From the NCBI GenBank assembly GCA_963826385.1, contig CAWGWV010000032.1, positions 77,220 to 141,219 on the forward strand: DNA of 64,000 nt. Reading direction: 5' to 3'. Shown here one piece after another: positions 60,881 to 64,000 of this stretch. The notes beneath the pieces are model-generated. The model was given only the letters and a program-made list of their open reading frames with translations, did no database searches and had not been told where the DNA came from. Made by a program: the position numbers and the translations under genes. This stretch comes from an uncultured Chitinophagaceae bacterium. GTDB lineage: Bacteria; Bacteroidota; Bacteroidia; Chitinophagales; Chitinophagaceae. Every line of letters starts with the position of its first letter. Position 1 is the first letter of the stretch.

Positions 60881-61897
60881 TTACCTGAGTATTTCTTTAA
60901 AGGCTTCTCCCGCTTCGCGCAAAGACCCATCGTTGTTGTGCAGGGCCGTTGCCTGCTCAGCGGTGTTTCTTTCCCCATCGCCCGAATACCAGATGGCATA
61001 AGGCATACCCAATTGCCGGCAGGTTTGCACAATGGCTTTTACGGTTTGCGGCGAATTGTCCTGCTGCCCGATTTCGTTGCTCATGGCCTTCTTGCCGGTT
61101 GCGCGCTGCAGGTAGTTGACGATTTCCACCAGGCTTTGGGTGTCGCCGTTTTTACCATACCAGTGAAAGTTGACATAATCTATGCTCAGCCTGGCATAGC
61201 CGGCTATCAGTTGCTGCAAAAAGTCTTTGCGGCTGGTGAGCCAGTTGGCGGTAAAATCGATGGCTGACCGCTGTTGCTAATCGTTGGCTTCCGCTTTTTT
61301 GCCCCTTTCCAGGTAATCGAGGTACACGAGGTAAAGCATTGCCGGATAGGTGATGCCGCCATTGGTGACCGGGATGCCATTGGCGTGTGCAACAGTGGCA
61401 GCTGCCTGCAATTGGTTCAGGTAATCCTGTGCGGTACCCGAATGAAAGTGCTGGTTGTTTTCTTCGTTTTCAATCACCAGCAGCACGGGCTTGTTCATCA
61501 TGAGCGACAACTGGTATTGAAGCCGCGATTTGTATTGCGTAGTGTCGGTGGCAAATGGCGACTGCGATTTGTTTGCCAGCGAGCTGTAGTTTACGTTCAG
61601 CACCACGTTGAAACCGCTGTTGTAAATCGGTTTGTCTTTTGGATTGTCGAGGTTAATGGCATCGCGAAGGCAGTTTAAACCCAATTTGCGCGCAACGCTG
61701 AGTTTGAAATTCATGCCATTGCCTTTGATGGCAGCCGGGGGTTTGATAAGCACACCAAAGCGCGTGGGGCCGGTATTGGCAACAGGGGCATTGGTTGTGG
61801 ATGGCTGCTTTTGCTTGTTCAAGCCCGTTGTCCGTTGCTGCGCCTGGCAGGAACAAAGACTGGATAAAATATAAATTCCTAACAATAAGTGTTTCAT
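60881..61897 (-). CDS. Lipoprotein, putative clan GH-A TIM-barrel glycoside hydrolase, interrupted by an in-frame TAG at 61279-61277
   Basis: Lipobox LCSC; VIENEE, DYVNFHWY, MSNEIG. ORFs 61277..61897 and 60881..61219 share a frame with only one stop between them. Confidence 0.65.
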
Positions 61898-62225
61898 GCA
61901 GACAGGTAAAATAAGTGAATCAATAGAGTGCTGATGGCTGTAATAGGTTTAAAAACAATGATGTCAAAATTGTATCACGCAGGTTGTACAAAGGTTTGTG
62001 CAAAATGCGAAAAAACATGTTAATACATTATTGGTCATTTTACAAAACGCTTGATATAACATGACAAACCGCGATATTCTTATGCTTAGTAAGCTGTCAT
62101 TTTGTTTGGATGAATTGGTTATTTGAGTTTCATTCTGCTGCTAATATCTGCTTTTCCCCGACTTTCATCCCGGATATTTCTGGTGTTCATCAACTTCCTT
62201 TAATTTAAGCATCATTTAATAATTG

Positions 62226-62261
62226 GAAACTTTCATTACAAAAATAGTTTCGATAGTTTTG
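62226..62261 (+). promoter_or_regulatory. TetR promoter with overlapping palindromic operator
   Basis: GAAACT-N14-AGTTTC (62226-62251) directly upstream of a TAGTTTTG -7 box (62254-62261). Confidence 0.55.
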
Positions 62262-62268
62262 TGGTTCT

Positions 62269-62890
62269 ATGGACATGAAAGAGCGGGTTTTGGATCGGGC
62301 GACAGAATTGTTCACGAAATATGGGATTAAAAGCATCACGATGGATGAAATTGCCGCAGCTGGGCATTTCCAAAAAAACCATTTACCTGTCTTTTACAGA
62401 AAAATGAGTTGGTTTCAGAAGTCTTCAAAAGGCACATCTTTGCCAGTCAGCAGCAATGCATATTAAATAAGGATAAGGCGGACAATGCGGTGCATGAAAT
62501 AGTTTTAGGTGCCGAGATGTTTTTCGCCATCATGCAGTCGGTGAATGCTATGTCTTGTATGACCTGCAAAAATATCATCCCGAAGTGTATGCTGAATTCC
62601 TGGTGTTCAAAAACAATTTCCTGTTCAATCTATCTTGTAACCGCAACGTGGCATCGAGGAAAAACTGTATCGTGAAGATCTGAATCTTGAAATCATGTCA
62701 CGGTTGCGGTTGGCAAATGTTGTAATCTCGATGGAACGTGGAATTGTTTCCCAGTCATCAGTTCCATTTTTCGGAGGTTGAAGGGGAAGTTGTCCGTCAC
62801 TTTTTATACGGCATCGTAACAGCAAAAGGGGCCGAAGTCATGAAGAACTATCGTATCCTGCAGCCGAACACCCAACAGGTGAACAGCTGA
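62269..62890 (+). CDS. TetR/AcrR family transcriptional regulator (several indels; 3' end approximate)
   Basis: KERVLDRATELFTKYGIKSITMDEIA, then GISKKTIY in a shifted frame; lies upstream of TolC. Confidence 0.88.
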
Positions 62891-62932
62891 GTTTTTTCTT
62901 TATATACTATTACCATACGCACTGAAACCAAA

Positions 62933-64000
62933 ATGAAATTATATCTCAGAAAGTCATATTGTGTTGTTCTGTTTTGCCTGTTTAGCTGGTTGTATATTCC
63001 TTCTGCCAATGCACAACAGCCACTTACGCTGAAAGACGCTTTGGAATTTGCTTTGAAAAACAACACCGCAGCCCGAAAAGCTGCGCTCGATGTACAAAAC
63101 GGCAATTATAAAATAGACGAAACCCGCGCCCGGGCATTGCCGCAGCTTTCCATCAACAGCACGCTGGTAGACCAATACAAAAAACAAAGCTTTGTTTTTG
63201 ATGGATCTTTTGTCGGGCAGCCCGGCAAAACCCTGCTCGTGCCCAGTGGCACAACGTGGAACAGCCTGAGCAGCCTGAACCTCGAACAGAAATTATTCGA
63301 TCAGTCGGTATTCACCGGGCTCAAAGCGGCAAAATCTACGCAGGAATACTACCAGCTCGCCGCACAGCTTACCGACGAGCAACTCATCGAACAGGTGGCT
63401 ACAAGCTACTACCAGGTGCTGGTGCAGCAACAGCAGGTAGCCGTGATAGACAGCAATATTGACAATACCACCCGTGTGTACAACATCATCAACGGGCTTT
63501 ACCAAAGTGGGTTGGCAAAAAAAATAGATGTTGACAGAACGCAGGTGGCCATTACCAACCTGAAAGCGCAACGGCAACAACTCATCAATGCAGCTGCACA
63601 ACAGGAGAATGCACTGAAGTTTTACATGGGAATGGACATCGCTACGCCCATTGTGATCCCGCCTGCACAGCTGGATACCCTTCACACACAGGATATTGCC
63701 CTGCAGGATTCGTTAGACTTCGCCGGGCGAACCGAATACCGCATTGTCCAAAAACAGGACGAGTTGTATCGTTACAACCGCGATGCCTACAAAGCCGAGT
63801 ATTATCCTAGTCTTTCTTTGGCAGCGCCCATTCGCTGCAGGGAGTCAGCGAAAAATTTGTGTTGTTCCGGGGCGAAAAAAACAACGGGTTTTGGTTTAAC
63901 TATGGCAATGTGGCGCTCAACCTGCGGGTGCCGCTTTTCAATGGCTTTGCTACCCGCGCAAGGGTGCGGCAAGCCAATGTCAGCATCGAAAAGAACAATG
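62933..64000 (+). CDS. TolC family outer-membrane efflux protein (runs off the window; indel near 63825)
   Basis: Manual translation: signal peptide, LTLKDALEFALKNN, ARALPQL, QKLFDQSVF, GLAKKIDVDR, LNLRVPLFNGF. Confidence 0.9.
   Translation, partial: MKLYLRKSYCVVLFCLFSWLYIPSANAQQPLTLKDALEFALKNNTAARKAALDVQNGNYKIDETRARALPQLSINSTLVDQYKKQSFVFDGSFVGQPGKTLLVPSGTTWNSLSSLNLEQKLFDQSVFTGLKAAKSTQEYYQLAAQLTDEQLIEQVATSYYQVLVQQQQVAVIDSNIDNTTRVYNIINGLYQSGLAKKIDVDRTQVAITNLKAQRQQLINAAAQQENALKFYMGMDIATPIVIPPAQLDTLHTQDIALQDSLDFAGRTEYRIVQKQDELYRYNRDAYKAEYYPSLSLAAPIRCRESAKNLCCSGAKKTTGFGLTMAMWRSTCGCRFSMALLPAQGCGKPMSASKRTM

Noticed and set aside
61277-61279. Genome-wide amber recoding (pyrrolysine or alternative code)
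   Set aside because: TAG terminates several other genes at their expected ends and no pyl genes are present in the window.

Overview
Chromosomal window from a Bacteroidota genome, most likely Chitinophagaceae. Evidence: TAnnTTTG -7 promoters, T9SS C-terminal domains, a SusC/SusD pair, type III glutamine synthetase and an extended L17. Most of it is housekeeping: recJ, ispB, an OmpA protein, htpG, GSIII, aroE, comA-like, rdgB, ilvE, rpsL-rpsG, pyrH, aroQ, carA, the infA-rpmJ-rpsM-rpsK-rpsD-rpoA-rplQ operon and argS. Accessory content includes MacB-like permeases with a DUF4097 gene, a PUL (HK/RR, SusC, SusD, DUF1735-discoidin, HEXXH lipoprotein, GH92), a CocE/NonD hydrolase, an ELWxxDGT T9SS protein, a GtfC-like GT1, a clan GH-A-like lipoprotein and TetR-TolC. 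Many genes, including essential ones, carry 1-nt indels clustered at about 29-34, 39.6-45 and 62-64 kb; these look like consensus errors rather than pseudogenes. I saw no tRNA, rRNA, CRISPR array, transposase or prophage. Best leads: (1) a repeated sigma54 promoter plus tandem enhancer module with identical spacing; (2) a PUL pairing an uncharacterised HEXXH metallopeptidase-like lipoprotein with GH92 under a classical two-component system; (3) a multibranch RNA structure between rpsM and rpsK; (4) an unclassified GH-A-like lipoprotein split by an in-frame TAG. All calls come from reading motifs by eye; no database searches were run.
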